Origin: an uncultured Pseudomonadota bacterium | GTDB taxonomy: Bacteria; Oederibacteriota; Muellerivitia; Muellerivitales; Muellerivitaceae | Direction: 5' to 3' | DNA: 64,000 nt | Assembly (NCBI GenBank): GCA_963843375.1 | Contig: CAWJKT010000011.1 | Coordinates: 384,001-448,000, forward strand | Shown here: piece by piece, positions 1-9,720 of the stretch | Numbering within the stretch: the first letter of the stretch is position 1 | How the letters are laid out: each line of letters opens with the position of its first letter | Made by a program: the position numbers and the translations under genes | Notes under the pieces: model-generated | What the model saw: only the letters and a program-made list of their open reading frames with translations | Databases searched by the model: none | What the model was told of the DNA's origin: nothing

Positions 1-6
1 TTTACT

Positions 7-363
7 ATGAGCGGGCTCGTGATCGCGCGCGATTCGGAAAAAAACAAGACCGTCGAACCATGGGGGACTATCGCCTGGATGGCCAACCAGCCCCTCTCCG
101 GAAGCTCTGTGACCGTTGGTCGCTTGATTCTTTACCCAGGCTTCACCAATACCTTGCACAGTCATTCGAACGCCGATGAAGTTATCTTCCTGCTCCGGGG
201 AAGCGTCCGGGTTAAACTGGGCGGCACGGAATTGGCCATGGAGGCGGGGGACGCCCTGACGATCCCACTGAAGGTCGTCCATCAGATCAAGAATACCGGG
301 GATGAGGAAGCTGTAATGACCCTTTCCTATTCTTCCGGCGTCCGGAAGTACACGTCGGAATAA
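7..363 (+). CDS. Cupin domain protein
   Basis: Cupin motifs HSHxxxDE and H (VHQIKNTG); 118 aa. Confidence 0.85.
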   Translation: MSGLVIARDSEKNKTVEPWGTIAWMANQPLSGSSVTVGRLILYPGFTNTLHSHSNADEVIFLLRGSVRVKLGGTELAMEAGDALTIPLKVVHQIKNTGDEEAVMTLSYSSGVRKYTSE

Positions 364-598
364 AGGGTTTGGCCAACGCAAAACATTTTAGATGCTTTCC
401 ACCTCAAAGATTTCTCTCCGCATCTTTCTCCTTCTTTTGCCTATTAAATAATGGTCAATCGCTTGCTTTATGACCCAAGGGTCGATCCATGTTGGCCCTC
501 ATCAATTGGTTGCGGGTTTTCCCCTTAACTTCTTGAAGGGACAGGCATACTTTTTCCCTCAGGGAAAAAAGCCAGGTCTCAGGGTTTCTTTTAGAGGG

Positions 599-1576
599 TT
601 AAAGACTGTCTAAAGTATCCGCCAAGTCGGACTCGGTCTGATAACCCACGTTTTCATCCATCTTGACCCCATTCAGAATGAAAACCGTATCCGGAACACC
701 ATAGGTGTTGGCGGCGATAGGCGTACAAAATTCACCTTCGAGGGTCGAATAAGAGGTGCAGTCCACCCTGACGACGATCACCTGACCCGCGTAATCCTTC
801 GCGAATTGCTCGACTACCGGAGTATATAAAGTACAGGTTGCGCACCAGGACGCCCAGAATTCCAGCATCACCGGCGCCTGGGCATTGGCGAGAATAGAGC
901 TGATATTGGTGGTGGTCCCTGTCATGATCGTTCCCGGAGGGATGGGGGTCGGCGTGAAGGTATTCGTGGGGGTGTGTGTTACGGTGGGTGTGTCGGTTGA
1001 GGTTCGAGTGTCGGTCGGGGTATGGGTGGGAGTATCGGTTTTGGATTCGGTCCCATCGGGTGTGGAAGTTGAAACAACCTGGGTCGTATTTGTCGAGGTG
1101 GCGGTAAAGGTTGCGGTGGAAATATCCGTTACCGTATAGGTGTAGGAGGGGGTATTGACGGGAAGGCTCGTGGAAGTATTTGTAGCGGTAAGGGCAGGGG
1201 TACTGGTATTGAGGGGAATCGCGGGTGTATTTGTTACCGTAAACGTGAAGGATGCGGTGTTAGCGGGAAGGCTGGTCGAAGTGTTCGTCGGTAATGGGCT
1301 GTTGACGGGGATAGAGGTGGCCGTCGACGGGGGCGGGTTATTGGGAGTAGGTGTCGGTGTTCCCAGGGGAGTTGATATGGGAGTTGGGGTTGCCGGTTGA
1401 GGGGAGATCGTGGTGGGTGTAATGGTCAAAACACTCCCAGAAGTCGGGGAGGATTCCGGGTTTGAGGTGGCGACGGGCGCGGCGGGAGAAAGATCGTACC
1501 CCTTGGTACAAGCAAGGGGTACAACCATCAAACCTGACAGGGCCGCGAATATTCCAAATCGATATATAGTTTTCAT
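599..1576 (-). CDS. Lipoprotein with long Thr/Pro-rich linker and C-terminal thioredoxin domain
   Basis: Lipobox-like VPLAC; about 190-aa T/P/S/N-rich stretch; LEFWASWCATC (CxxC) and cis-Pro motif GVP. Confidence 0.8.
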   Translation of the reverse strand: MKTIYRFGIFAALSGLMVVPLACTKGYDLSPAAPVATSNPESSPTSGSVLTITPTTISPQPATPTPISTPLGTPTPTPNNPPPSTATSIPVNSPLPTNTSTSLPANTASFTFTVTNTPAIPLNTSTPALTATNTSTSLPVNTPSYTYTVTDISTATFTATSTNTTQVVSTSTPDGTESKTDTPTHTPTDTRTSTDTPTVTHTPTNTFTPTPIPPGTIMTGTTTNISSILANAQAPVMLEFWASWCATCTLYTPVVEQFAKDYAGQVIVVRVDCTSYSTLEGEFCTPIAANTYGVPDTVFILNGVKMDENVGYQTESDLADTLDSL

Positions 1577-1626
1577 AGAGTCATACCTTCGTTCTAAATA
1601 AGTTTAAACATATATGACTGTTGCAA

Positions 1627-1642
1627 TGCATTTTGAATGCCA
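1627..1642 (-). promoter_or_regulatory. Candidate sigma-54 (-24/-12) promoter
   Basis: Minus strand TGGCATTCAAAATGCA has GG and GC at sigma-54 spacing, about 50 nt upstream of the ATG at 1576. Confidence 0.35.
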
Positions 1643-1854
1643 ATTCCCAAACCCAAAATGATTGAATTTTTCAGGTTAAAATAGAGTTCCAAATTCGACC
1701 TTCATTATCCGGATAAGTCATAAAATCATCGAATGGGTACATAAAACTTACAGAGAGGGGAATCCTCCCCCGGCGACAGGCCCCCCAATAGGGCTTTTTA
1801 AAGACATTCCGCGCTTTTGATATACTATCTTCAGAGTTCTCACAAGGAAGAGCC

Positions 1855-2616
1855 ATGAACGTGAAAAAGTTTTTCACCGCCGCGGGAACGCTATTGCTGG
1901 TCCCGGCCCTTGTGATTTTGAACATTGATTGTTCCAAAAAATATTCCCTTCCGGCCAGTCCCTCCTCCGGCCCCACACCCACACCGACCTCTTCTATTGG
2001 AACGAACCCCAACGGGCCCCTGATCGAGGTTTATTTTCTCAATGTCAGCATCACCGGCGTTTCCACCAACAGTTACGTCTCGGCCTTTATCGAGGACAAC
2101 CTCGGAAATCCCGTCACCACGGCCGCCGTCACCCTGACTACCGTCAGCGGCTCTATTCCCGTGACCTGCGTAGGGGTCGGGTCCCCCAATCCCCCTGCGA
2201 ACATGGGAATCTCGAATATTACGGGCGGGCAATATTACAACAGCACGGCTTATACGCCCGGCCAGTTATGTACCGTTTCAGTGCTGACGGGGGGAATCAC
2301 CTATACGTCGAGTTTCACGGCCTCCAATGCGTCCGGTAATCTCAGCACGGGCTCCGGAGGAGTAACCGCCACCTATACCGTTGGTGGAAATGAAAACCTG
2401 GTTGAGGTGGAGGGAAAAGACACCTTTCAAGTCGGGCCTGTCCCCCCTATTACGTCCCCCTATCTCATCCCGACCTCCAGTTTCCCCAATGATCCGGCGG
2501 GCGCTGGGAATGACTTGGTGGTTCTTCTGTTGATGCAGCTGATTGAACCGGCCTTTTCGGGCGCTAACGCTTCTTCCGTGATAGGCTCGGGTATTGAAAC
2601 AGGGTTTTATTACTGA
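1855..2616 (+). CDS. Putative lipoprotein, unknown function
   Basis: AAGGAAG RBS; signal peptide ending NIDC; PTPTPT linker; beta-rich body. Confidence 0.7.
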   Translation: MNVKKFFTAAGTLLLVPALVILNIDCSKKYSLPASPSSGPTPTPTSSIGTNPNGPLIEVYFLNVSITGVSTNSYVSAFIEDNLGNPVTTAAVTLTTVSGSIPVTCVGVGSPNPPANMGISNITGGQYYNSTAYTPGQLCTVSVLTGGITYTSSFTASNASGNLSTGSGGVTATYTVGGNENLVEVEGKDTFQVGPVPPITSPYLIPTSSFPNDPAGAGNDLVVLLLMQLIEPAFSGANASSVIGSGIETGFYY

Positions 2617-2816
2617 CGGGGCAGAGGGCCGCCAGGAAGAAAGGGGAAAAAGAAAACTTCCCCGGGTACCTATCTCAATCTGCCCGAGTATAAGCCAAAC
2701 TTTTTGACGATTCTTGACGGCCCCTGGAATATTGCTATCCTAACTCCAATTCACTGAACAAGACCCTTCTTTAAATATATGCAACAACCTAATAAATAAA
2801 TTGGAAGAGGTGTTTC

Positions 2817-3950
2817 ATGCAACAACGGTTCTGGCTGGCAACGGCATTAGCGGTTTTGGTTTTGAGCCTGTCTTGCGGGCCCAAGTTGAACCCCAACGAA
2901 ATCCGAATTGGAGAATTCGGTTCCCTCACCGGGGCCCAGGCGACCTTCGGGATTTCCACACAGAATGGCATCCAATTGGCAGTGGACGAAGTGAACGCGG
3001 CGGGGGGTGTGAACGGCAAAACCCTCAAGGTGATTGCTCTGGACGACCAGGGAAAGCCGGAGGAAGCGGCGGTCGTGGTGACCAAGCTGATCACTCAAGA
3101 AAAGGCCCAAGTAATTATGGGTGAGGTGGCCAGTTCCCTTTCCCTGGCGGCGGCACCCATTTGCCAGGAGCATAAGACCCCCATGATCTCCCCCTCCTCC
3201 ACCAACCCCAAGGTGACCCAAGTGGGAGATTATATTTTCCGCGTTTGTTTCATAGATCCTTTCCAAGGCCAGGTCATGGCGGATTTTGCCATGGGCACCC
3301 TGCATGCCAAGACCGCGGCCATCCTGCGGGACCAAAAGAGCGACTATAGCATGGGCCTAGCGGATTACTTCATCAAGCGCTTCAAGGAAAAAGGGGGGAC
3401 GATCCTGGTCGACCAGAGTTACGTAGCGGGGGACGTGGACTTCAAATCCCAATTGACTAATATCAGAGAGCAAAAGCCTGACGTGATTTTCGTGCCTGGT
3501 TATTATGGCGAAGTGGGGTTGATCGCCAAACAAGCGAGAGAATTGGGCATCAAGGTCGCCCTTCTGGGAGGCGACGGGTGGGAATCTTCCAAGCTCTATG
3601 AAATAGGAGGGGCCGCTTTGGATGGCTGCTACTTTTCAACCCACTACTCTTCTGATTCCACCGATCCCAAGGTGCAGGATTACGTGAAAAAGTACCAGGC
3701 TAAGTTCGGACAAGTGCCGGACGGTCTTGCGACCCTTGGCTATGATGCTGCCGGAGTGCTGGTAGCCGCCTTGAAAAACGCCAAATCGCTGAATACCGTT
3801 GACATTCGTGACGCCATCGCAGCCACCAAGAACTACGCCGGGGTGACTGGATCCATCAGCCTGAATGCGGACCGGGACGCCGTGAAATCGGCGGTGGTGT
3901 TGAAAATTTCAGGCGGCAAATCCTCTTTTGTCACTTCAGTGAACCCCTAA
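2817..3950 (+). CDS. livK: Branched-chain amino acid ABC transporter substrate-binding lipoprotein
   Basis: Lipobox LSC; SLTG..A.FG, DD.GKPEEA, FRVCFIDPFQG and GGDGW motifs; GAGG RBS. Confidence 0.92.
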   Translation: MQQRFWLATALAVLVLSLSCGPKLNPNEIRIGEFGSLTGAQATFGISTQNGIQLAVDEVNAAGGVNGKTLKVIALDDQGKPEEAAVVVTKLITQEKAQVIMGEVASSLSLAAAPICQEHKTPMISPSSTNPKVTQVGDYIFRVCFIDPFQGQVMADFAMGTLHAKTAAILRDQKSDYSMGLADYFIKRFKEKGGTILVDQSYVAGDVDFKSQLTNIREQKPDVIFVPGYYGEVGLIAKQARELGIKVALLGGDGWESSKLYEIGGAALDGCYFSTHYSSDSTDPKVQDYVKKYQAKFGQVPDGLATLGYDAAGVLVAALKNAKSLNTVDIRDAIAATKNYAGVTGSISLNADRDAVKSAVVLKISGGKSSFVTSVNP

Positions 3951-3975
3951 GTGGCGACGGCCGGTTGAAGGATGT

Positions 3976-5139
3976 TTAGGCTGGTTGGAGTTCGATGAGG
4001 CTGATTTCCGGTGAGAGACCGAACCGGACCGGCAGGACCCAAAAGCCGGTCCCGGGCGTCACGTAAAGCTGGCTTTCTCCTTCCTTAAAAATCCCCATAT
4101 GGTATTTCATGAACAGCTTGGCCAGGGACCAATTCAAGACTTTGAACCCTACCTGGCCCCCATGAGTGTGGCCACTCAAGGTTAACTCGACTTTGCGTTC
4201 GAACGCATCCTTGAAGCCCTGGGGCTGATGGGCTAAAAGAACCGTGGAAGTCCCTTCCGGTTTGCCTTCCAAGGCCTTGTCGAAATCGGGGGCAACCGAA
4301 CCCCATTGGCCGAAACGCCGAGCACCCTGATCACCGACTCCCGCCAGCCAGAGTCGGGCTTCTCCCCTTTGAATGATCATCCCCTCGTTCACGAGCATTT
4401 GCAGGCGGCTGTCCGCCAGCACGAGCAGCGTTTTTTCCGGATTGGCGTAAACGTCGTGATTTCCCAACACCCCCACTGCGGGCAGGTAGGGCTCCAAGGT
4501 CTCAAGGCTTTTGAGGAACTTGGGAAGGTATTGGGGGTCGTCATCAGTAATGTCGCCGCAAACCACGAAAAGGTCGGGGTTGGCTTCCTGAGCCACCCGG
4601 GCGAATTGTTGGAGCCGGGAGAGGCGGGTGAAAAGACCCACATGCAGGTCGGAAACCATAGCAATTTTATAGCCGGCAAACTCCGGGGGGAGGTTCTTGA
4701 TGCGGATGGAGACTTTTTCCAGTTTCACGGTGAAGAGGGCCTGGAAGAAGCCCACCACGGTAATGAAAGCGATGATTCCCAGGAAGATGTTGGAGGGAAA
4801 GTGAGCGAATTGCACAAAGGGGATCCATCGCCAGCCGAAGAGCGCCGCCCAAACCAGCCCCAAGAGAAGGACGAAAGCGGAATAAAGGAAGATCAAAAAA
4901 TTCCAATAAACCCAAAGGGGCCCCAGGAGGGCCCGGGAAAGCCGGAAGAAGGGGGAAGAGTGTCGTTTCAGGATGAGCGGCAGCAGCAGCCAAAGCAGGT
5001 TGCCCAGGACCGCTCCCAGCATCAGGAAATGGGTCCCCGCAGGATAAATGTTCAGGCCGGCCCAAATGGAAAGGGCGTTCATCAGGAAAAAAAGGCTTAA
5101 GACCAGGTTGAAGATAAAAACGGTTCGACGGGTGGCCAA
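3976..5139 (-). CDS. Membrane-anchored metallophosphoesterase (YkuE/YaeI-like)
   Basis: N-terminal TM helices; DLH, GD, GNHD, LLAHQP and GHTHGGQ motifs. Confidence 0.9.
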   Translation of the reverse strand: MATRRTVFIFNLVLSLFFLMNALSIWAGLNIYPAGTHFLMLGAVLGNLLWLLLPLILKRHSSPFFRLSRALLGPLWVYWNFLIFLYSAFVLLLGLVWAALFGWRWIPFVQFAHFPSNIFLGIIAFITVVGFFQALFTVKLEKVSIRIKNLPPEFAGYKIAMVSDLHVGLFTRLSRLQQFARVAQEANPDLFVVCGDITDDDPQYLPKFLKSLETLEPYLPAVGVLGNHDVYANPEKTLLVLADSRLQMLVNEGMIIQRGEARLWLAGVGDQGARRFGQWGSVAPDFDKALEGKPEGTSTVLLAHQPQGFKDAFERKVELTLSGHTHGGQVGFKVLNWSLAKLFMKYHMGIFKEGESQLYVTPGTGFWVLPVRFGLSPEISLIELQPA

Positions 5140-5358
5140 GAGATCCTCCAGATTGTAAAGCTACGTACTATTCAATTTAAAGTGGGTTTTTGTCAAGGGT
5201 TTGAGCCGGGGAAGTGAAGGTTTTTATGTTTGGCGGGGGTGGAACGGCGAGTAAAATCGCTTTGGACAAATTAATGCGTTATAGATCAAATTAATTTCAC
5301 GGATTTTTTTGCCCTTAACAGCGGAGATTTTCCGAAAATTCATTATTAGGAAGTTTGG

Positions 5359-6261
5359 ATGGAAGGCTTTCTGCAACTGCTTTTGAACGGCACCGCCCTG
5401 GGGTCCATCTACGCCCTGATAGCCTTGGGTTATACCATGGTTTATGGCATCCTGCGTCTGATTAACTTTGCCCATGGGGATGTGGTCATGGTGGGAGCTT
5501 ATGCTGGGCTCTTTACCGCTCTTGCGCTGCACTCATCCGACCATCCGACCTTGCTGAGTTTCCTTGTCGTACTGGCAGCGGCCATGCTAGCCTCGGCTTT
5601 TTTGGGTTTCCTCATCGAGCGTTTCGCCTACCGCCCCTTAAGAAACGTGCCTCGTTTAAATTTATTGATTACCGCAGTGGGTATTTCGCTGCTTTTGGAA
5701 AATCTGGGCCAGGTGGTGTTTGGGGCGACGCCCCGTGTTTTTCCGGACATTCTGCCCAGCATCACTCTGCTTCAGGCTGGGCAAGTGGCTATCACCAACC
5801 AGCAAGTCACGGTCTTCGGGACTTCGCTTTTTCTGATGTTTGTCCTGGAATGGATCGTGCAGAAAACAAAGCTGGGGCGGGCCATGCGGGCGGTTTCTTA
5901 TTCACATGAGACGGCATCCCTGGTGGGGATTCCAACGGACACGATTATCACGGTCACTTTCATTATCGGCTCAGCCCTGGCGGCGGCGGCGGGCATCCTG
6001 ATTTGCGTCTCCTATCCCCGGGTGGACCCCTTGATGGGTATTATGATCGGACTGAAGGCTTTCGTGGCGGCAGTTTTAGGTGGCATTGGAAGCATTCGGG
6101 GCGCGGTGGTGGGCGGTTTCTTGATGGGAATTTCCGAGGCTATGGTGGTGGGTTATGGTTCTTCCACATACCGGGACGCGCTGGCATTTGCCATCCTTAT
6201 CCTGATTCTCATTTTCAAACCCGCCGGCCTGTTTGGCAAATTCCAGCCGGAGAAAGTATGA
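5359..6261 (+). CDS. livH: Branched-chain amino acid ABC permease
   Basis: GSIYALIALGYTMVYGILRLINFAHG, GRAMRAVS and KAFVAAVLGGIGS. Confidence 0.93.
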   Translation: MEGFLQLLLNGTALGSIYALIALGYTMVYGILRLINFAHGDVVMVGAYAGLFTALALHSSDHPTLLSFLVVLAAAMLASAFLGFLIERFAYRPLRNVPRLNLLITAVGISLLLENLGQVVFGATPRVFPDILPSITLLQAGQVAITNQQVTVFGTSLFLMFVLEWIVQKTKLGRAMRAVSYSHETASLVGIPTDTIITVTFIIGSALAAAAGILICVSYPRVDPLMGIMIGLKAFVAAVLGGIGSIRGAVVGGFLMGISEAMVVGYGSSTYRDALAFAILILILIFKPAGLFGKFQPEKV

Positions 6262-7217
6262 AATCCAACATTACCTCTTTATTCATCCTTCTTGGAGTTT
6301 CGGCTCTCTCTCAAGGTTTGTCGATGGTGATGCCGGATTATTTCACGCAGTTGTTCATGTATGGTTGTATCAACGCCATTCTTGCGGTGTCGTTGAATCT
6401 AGTGAATGGGCTTTCGGGGCAATTCTCCCTGGGCCACGCGGGTTTCATGGCGGTGGGAGCTTATACTGCGGCGTCGGTGGATGTATTTTTTTTCCCGGCC
6501 CTTCACGGCACAGTCGTGGGCGACCAGCTTTCCCTTCTTATTTCATTGGCAGCGGCGGCATTCGTCAGCGCCATCGCGGGTTACTTGGTGGGGTTGCCTT
6601 CCCTTCGATTGAAAGGGGATTACCTAGCCATCGCTACCCTGGGATTCGGCGAAATCATTCGGGTTATCATCCTAAATATTCAAAAGGTGGGAGGGGCAAG
6701 GGGATTTATCGGCATACCCACCACCTCCACGCCGTTCCTGGTTGTTTTTATTTTGGTTCTGGGTGTGCTTTTGACCCACCGGTTTACTCTGTCTTCCCAT
6801 GGCCGGGCCCTGCTTTCCATCCGTGAAAACGAAATCGCCGCGGAAGCCATGGGAGTGGATACGACTTTTTATAAGGTGCAGGTTTTCGTGGTTTCGGCGG
6901 CTGGGGCGGGCGTGGCGGGGGGGCTTTTCGCCCATTACCTTTCCTATATCAATCCCAGTTCTTTTGATTTCATGAAATCGGTGGAAATCGTGATCATGGT
7001 GGTCTTGGGTGGCATGGGCTCTGTATCCGGGTCCATTATCGCGGCTTTTGTGCTGACGCTTCTTCCCGAGGCTTTGCGGCCCCTTCAGGATATCACCCAC
7101 GTGGACCTGCGCATGGTGATCTATTCCTTGGCGCTTATTCTCATGATGCTCTTGAGGCCCAAGGGGCTTTTTGGACGTAAAGAATTGTGGGAAATACTTA
7201 GAAGAAAAACTTCCTAA
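6258..7217 (+). CDS. livM: Branched-chain amino acid ABC permease
   Basis: GQFSLGHAGF, RLKGDYLAIATLGFGEI and VVLGGMGS; ATGA overlap with the livH stop puts the start at 6258. Confidence 0.92.
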   Translation: MKSNITSLFILLGVSALSQGLSMVMPDYFTQLFMYGCINAILAVSLNLVNGLSGQFSLGHAGFMAVGAYTAASVDVFFFPALHGTVVGDQLSLLISLAAAAFVSAIAGYLVGLPSLRLKGDYLAIATLGFGEIIRVIILNIQKVGGARGFIGIPTTSTPFLVVFILVLGVLLTHRFTLSSHGRALLSIRENEIAAEAMGVDTTFYKVQVFVVSAAGAGVAGGLFAHYLSYINPSSFDFMKSVEIVIMVVLGGMGSVSGSIIAAFVLTLLPEALRPLQDITHVDLRMVIYSLALILMMLLRPKGLFGRKELWEILRRKTS

Positions 7218-7223
7218 TCGGCG

Positions 7224-7668
7224 TTATTCTTTTGGTTTGGCGTGTCTCATATGGTTCGCGTAGTGCATGGCATGGAAAACCTCCCATTGTCTTTTGTTGA
7301 GAGAACCCATGATGGGATGATCGCTATAGGGCCCGTTGTATTTCTCGAAAGCTTCCAGGGCTTTTCGGAATTGGGTAAGCGCCTCCAATACATTCCCCTC
7401 AATGCGTTCCGCGGGGGGGCCCTTGAATGCCGGCCGGAATATAACCCCTGAGCGCGAAAAACTGGTAAAGCAATGGCCCCCGGATATGTTTTTTCCAAGA
7501 AGGCATATCCCGTTTGATCCCTTTGATGCTCCCGTTCACGGCCTTAGTCAAGTGTTCGATTATCTGGAAATGGGACCATTTGCCGATGGTTTCCACGGGC
7601 CCTTTATCAAGATGGTCCAAATCTTTTCGGATTTCGTCGAAATTTTTGCATCGAAGGTCGCGGGACAT
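7224..7668 (-). pseudogene. DUF1569/DinB-like protein, frameshifted in a 7-base homopolymer (probably a consensus error)
   Basis: ORF 7668-7399 (WS..QIIEHL) continues after a shift at 7413-7419 as AERIEG...HPIMGSLNKRQWEVFHAMHYANH to a stop at 7224. Confidence 0.75.
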
Positions 7669-7690
7669 CGTTAACTCCTCACCATTCTCT

Positions 7691-8689
7691 TTATTTTAAT
7701 TCCTTGGTTGGCACGAAGGGTTCAGGGGGCGCAACCGATTTTGTTTTCTTGAGACGAGCCACGAAAAAACCCTCAATATCCGGCGTGGGCAAAACCCGGA
7801 TGGACTTTATCACCGCCGGATCGAATTTCAAATCTCCCCAAATTGTCAGACCGTGAGTATAAGAGGGAAGGGGTTGGACAACCTCTTCCAATTGAAGGGC
7901 ATCCCCGTAAGTTTCAATGGCCCAATTGAGAACCATCTCGTTTTCCTCGGGGGCAAAGGTGCAGGTGGAATAAACCATGCTTCCTCCCGGCTTCAAAGAA
8001 AGAAAAGCGGACTTGAAAAGCCGACGCTGATTCTTGGCCATTTTTCGATTGGTGTCTTCTTTCCAATAGCCATAGGTAGAAGGTATTTCCAGTTGAAATC
8101 GGCCCTCTGAACTACAAGGCGCATCCAGAAGCACCCGGTCAAATTTCTCGAAGTTGTCCTTCCATACCATTCCCCCGTCATCCGCGGGTAAGGTTTCCAC
8201 GATGGAAGCCCCCTGGGTTTGGGCATTGGCTTTGAGCTTCTCCAAGCGGATGGGATTGTTGTCATTGGCGAGTATGCGGCCTTGGTTATTCATAAGGACA
8301 GATAGCTGGGTGGTCTTGCTTCCGGGAGCGGCGGTCAGATCCAAGACGATGTCGCCGGGCTGGGGGTCCAGGACCAAAGGAGGAATCATGCTGGAAAGGC
8401 CCTGCACATAAATTTCTCCCTGGAGGTAAAGATTAGTCTTCTCCAGGTCCTTTTGTTTGCCCTTGCGAAGGATAAAAGCATCCTTGTACCAGGGCACATT
8501 TTCGACTTTAAAGCCTTGGGGTTCCAAGGTTCCTTTCAGCGAGGAAAATTTTTTTTTAAGGTTGTTCACCCTAAAAGTGGCGGGTTTTTCAATCGAAAAT
8601 GTTTTAAGGGTTTTTTCCCATTGATGAGCGGGTATCAGCTGGCGGAGTTTTTCGAGGAAAGCTTCGGGAAGATGACGGCCTTTTACCAT
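7691..8689 (-). CDS. RsmB/RsmF (NOL1/NOP2/Sun) RNA m5C methyltransferase
   Basis: VLDLTAAPGSKTTQ, LLDAPCSSEG and VYSTCTFAPEENE. Confidence 0.92.
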   Translation of the reverse strand: MVKGRHLPEAFLEKLRQLIPAHQWEKTLKTFSIEKPATFRVNNLKKKFSSLKGTLEPQGFKVENVPWYKDAFILRKGKQKDLEKTNLYLQGEIYVQGLSSMIPPLVLDPQPGDIVLDLTAAPGSKTTQLSVLMNNQGRILANDNNPIRLEKLKANAQTQGASIVETLPADDGGMVWKDNFEKFDRVLLDAPCSSEGRFQLEIPSTYGYWKEDTNRKMAKNQRRLFKSAFLSLKPGGSMVYSTCTFAPEENEMVLNWAIETYGDALQLEEVVQPLPSYTHGLTIWGDLKFDPAVIKSIRVLPTPDIEGFFVARLKKTKSVAPPEPFVPTKELK

Positions 8690-9368
8690 TCCAGCATCAA
8701 GGCTTTGGAAAGGAATTCCATCAGGGGCGCGCCGGCGGCGCAGGCCTCGACAAAGCGGTCCATGAAATTGGGGGAACAGGCTTCTTTTTCGCTGAACTGG
8801 GCAAAAAAGGTGAAGTCTTTGTATTTCAGATCTTCGATGAGTTCGTGGTTGGGATCAAAACCCTTAGGGGGACGCTGGAGCTTTTCCCCTTCTAAGGTGC
8901 AATGTTTTTTAAAATTTTTGTCTTTCAGGACCGCCTTCCAGGCAGAGGAATGATGGGCCAAGTAGTCCCGGATTTGAGCCAGCACCGGAGCCTCGGGATG
9001 CCAGATGCCGCCGCCGCTGAAAACCTCCCCGGGCGCCAAATGGATGTAATAGCCCGGAGAATGCACGTCCTTGCTGCGGGAAGTTCGGAAGTGGGCGGAG
9101 GCTGCGGTTTTATAGGGGGTCTTGTCCTTGGAGAAACGGGTGTCCCGGTAAATGCGAAACATGGAACCTCCCATGGGGCTGTTATCCACGATTAGGTGTT
9201 TGCTTATTTTTCTTAAAGGCGGACCCAACTCACCGATGAAATCCAAGAGGGGATTACGCACGGTCTTTTCGTACCGTTCCTTATTGGCCTGGAACCAAGG
9301 ACGGTTGTTGTTCGACTTAAGTTCTTTGAGGAACTTAAAAAAGGATTCGGAAAATAGGATTTTTTCAT
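8683..9368 (-). CDS. DUF2461 (TIGR02453) protein; 1-bp frameshift close to the 5' end
   Basis: FRIYRDTRFSKDKTPYK; the conserved N-terminus FLKELKSNNNRPWFQANKERYE is in frame upstream of the GTG at 9261, but the ATG at 9368 is one base out of frame. Confidence 0.85.
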
Positions 9369-9391
9369 AGTTTGTAATAATTGAATGGGTA

Positions 9392-9601
9392 TTACGTCAT
9401 CATTTTCTTCGGGCGCACCCAAAGGGCAATCTCGTCGGCGGCCCAGATCTCATCAGGCATATCCGACTTGATGAAAACTCGGACGTATTTTTTGTGGTTT
9501 GAAAGGGAAGAATTGACTTCCTTGACATTTAAGACGGTTCCCACTTTTCGGGTCAAAAGATTAAATACTTCATCATTAGGCTCATAATTGGCATCCGACA
9601 T
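9392..9601 (-). CDS. Small hypothetical protein
   Basis: GGAGG RBS before the ATG at 9601; 69-aa ORF co-oriented with neighbours. Confidence 0.55.
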   Translation of the reverse strand: MSDANYEPNDEVFNLLTRKVGTVLNVKEVNSSLSNHKKYVRVFIKSDMPDEIWAADEIALWVRPKKMMT

Positions 9602-9670
9602 TACCGCCTCCTTTGACTCACCCGAATATATTTTACCTTTCACATCAAATTTTAAGAAACGAAAAGAAGG

Positions 9671-9706
9671 AAAATAAAAAAGGCCGAAGCCTGGAGGCTC
9701 CGGCCC
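9671..9706 (-). terminator. Intrinsic terminator after yceI
   Basis: Minus strand GGCCGGAGCC-TCCA-GGCTTCGGCC followed by a T-tract. Confidence 0.8.
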
Positions 9707-9720
9707 TTGGGAAATAGCGG

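Noticed and set aside
4306..5100. Long alternative-frame ORFs such as 4306-5100, 22017-22832 and 60351-61016
   Set aside because: They overlap well-supported genes and show no recognisable motifs
6003..6257. N-terminal extension of the livM ORF
   Set aside because: Overlaps livH in another frame; the ATG at 6258 fits translational coupling
7413..7419. Programmed frameshift or phase-variation tract in the DUF1569-like gene
   Set aside because: Similar indels are scattered across unrelated genes, favouring sequencing error
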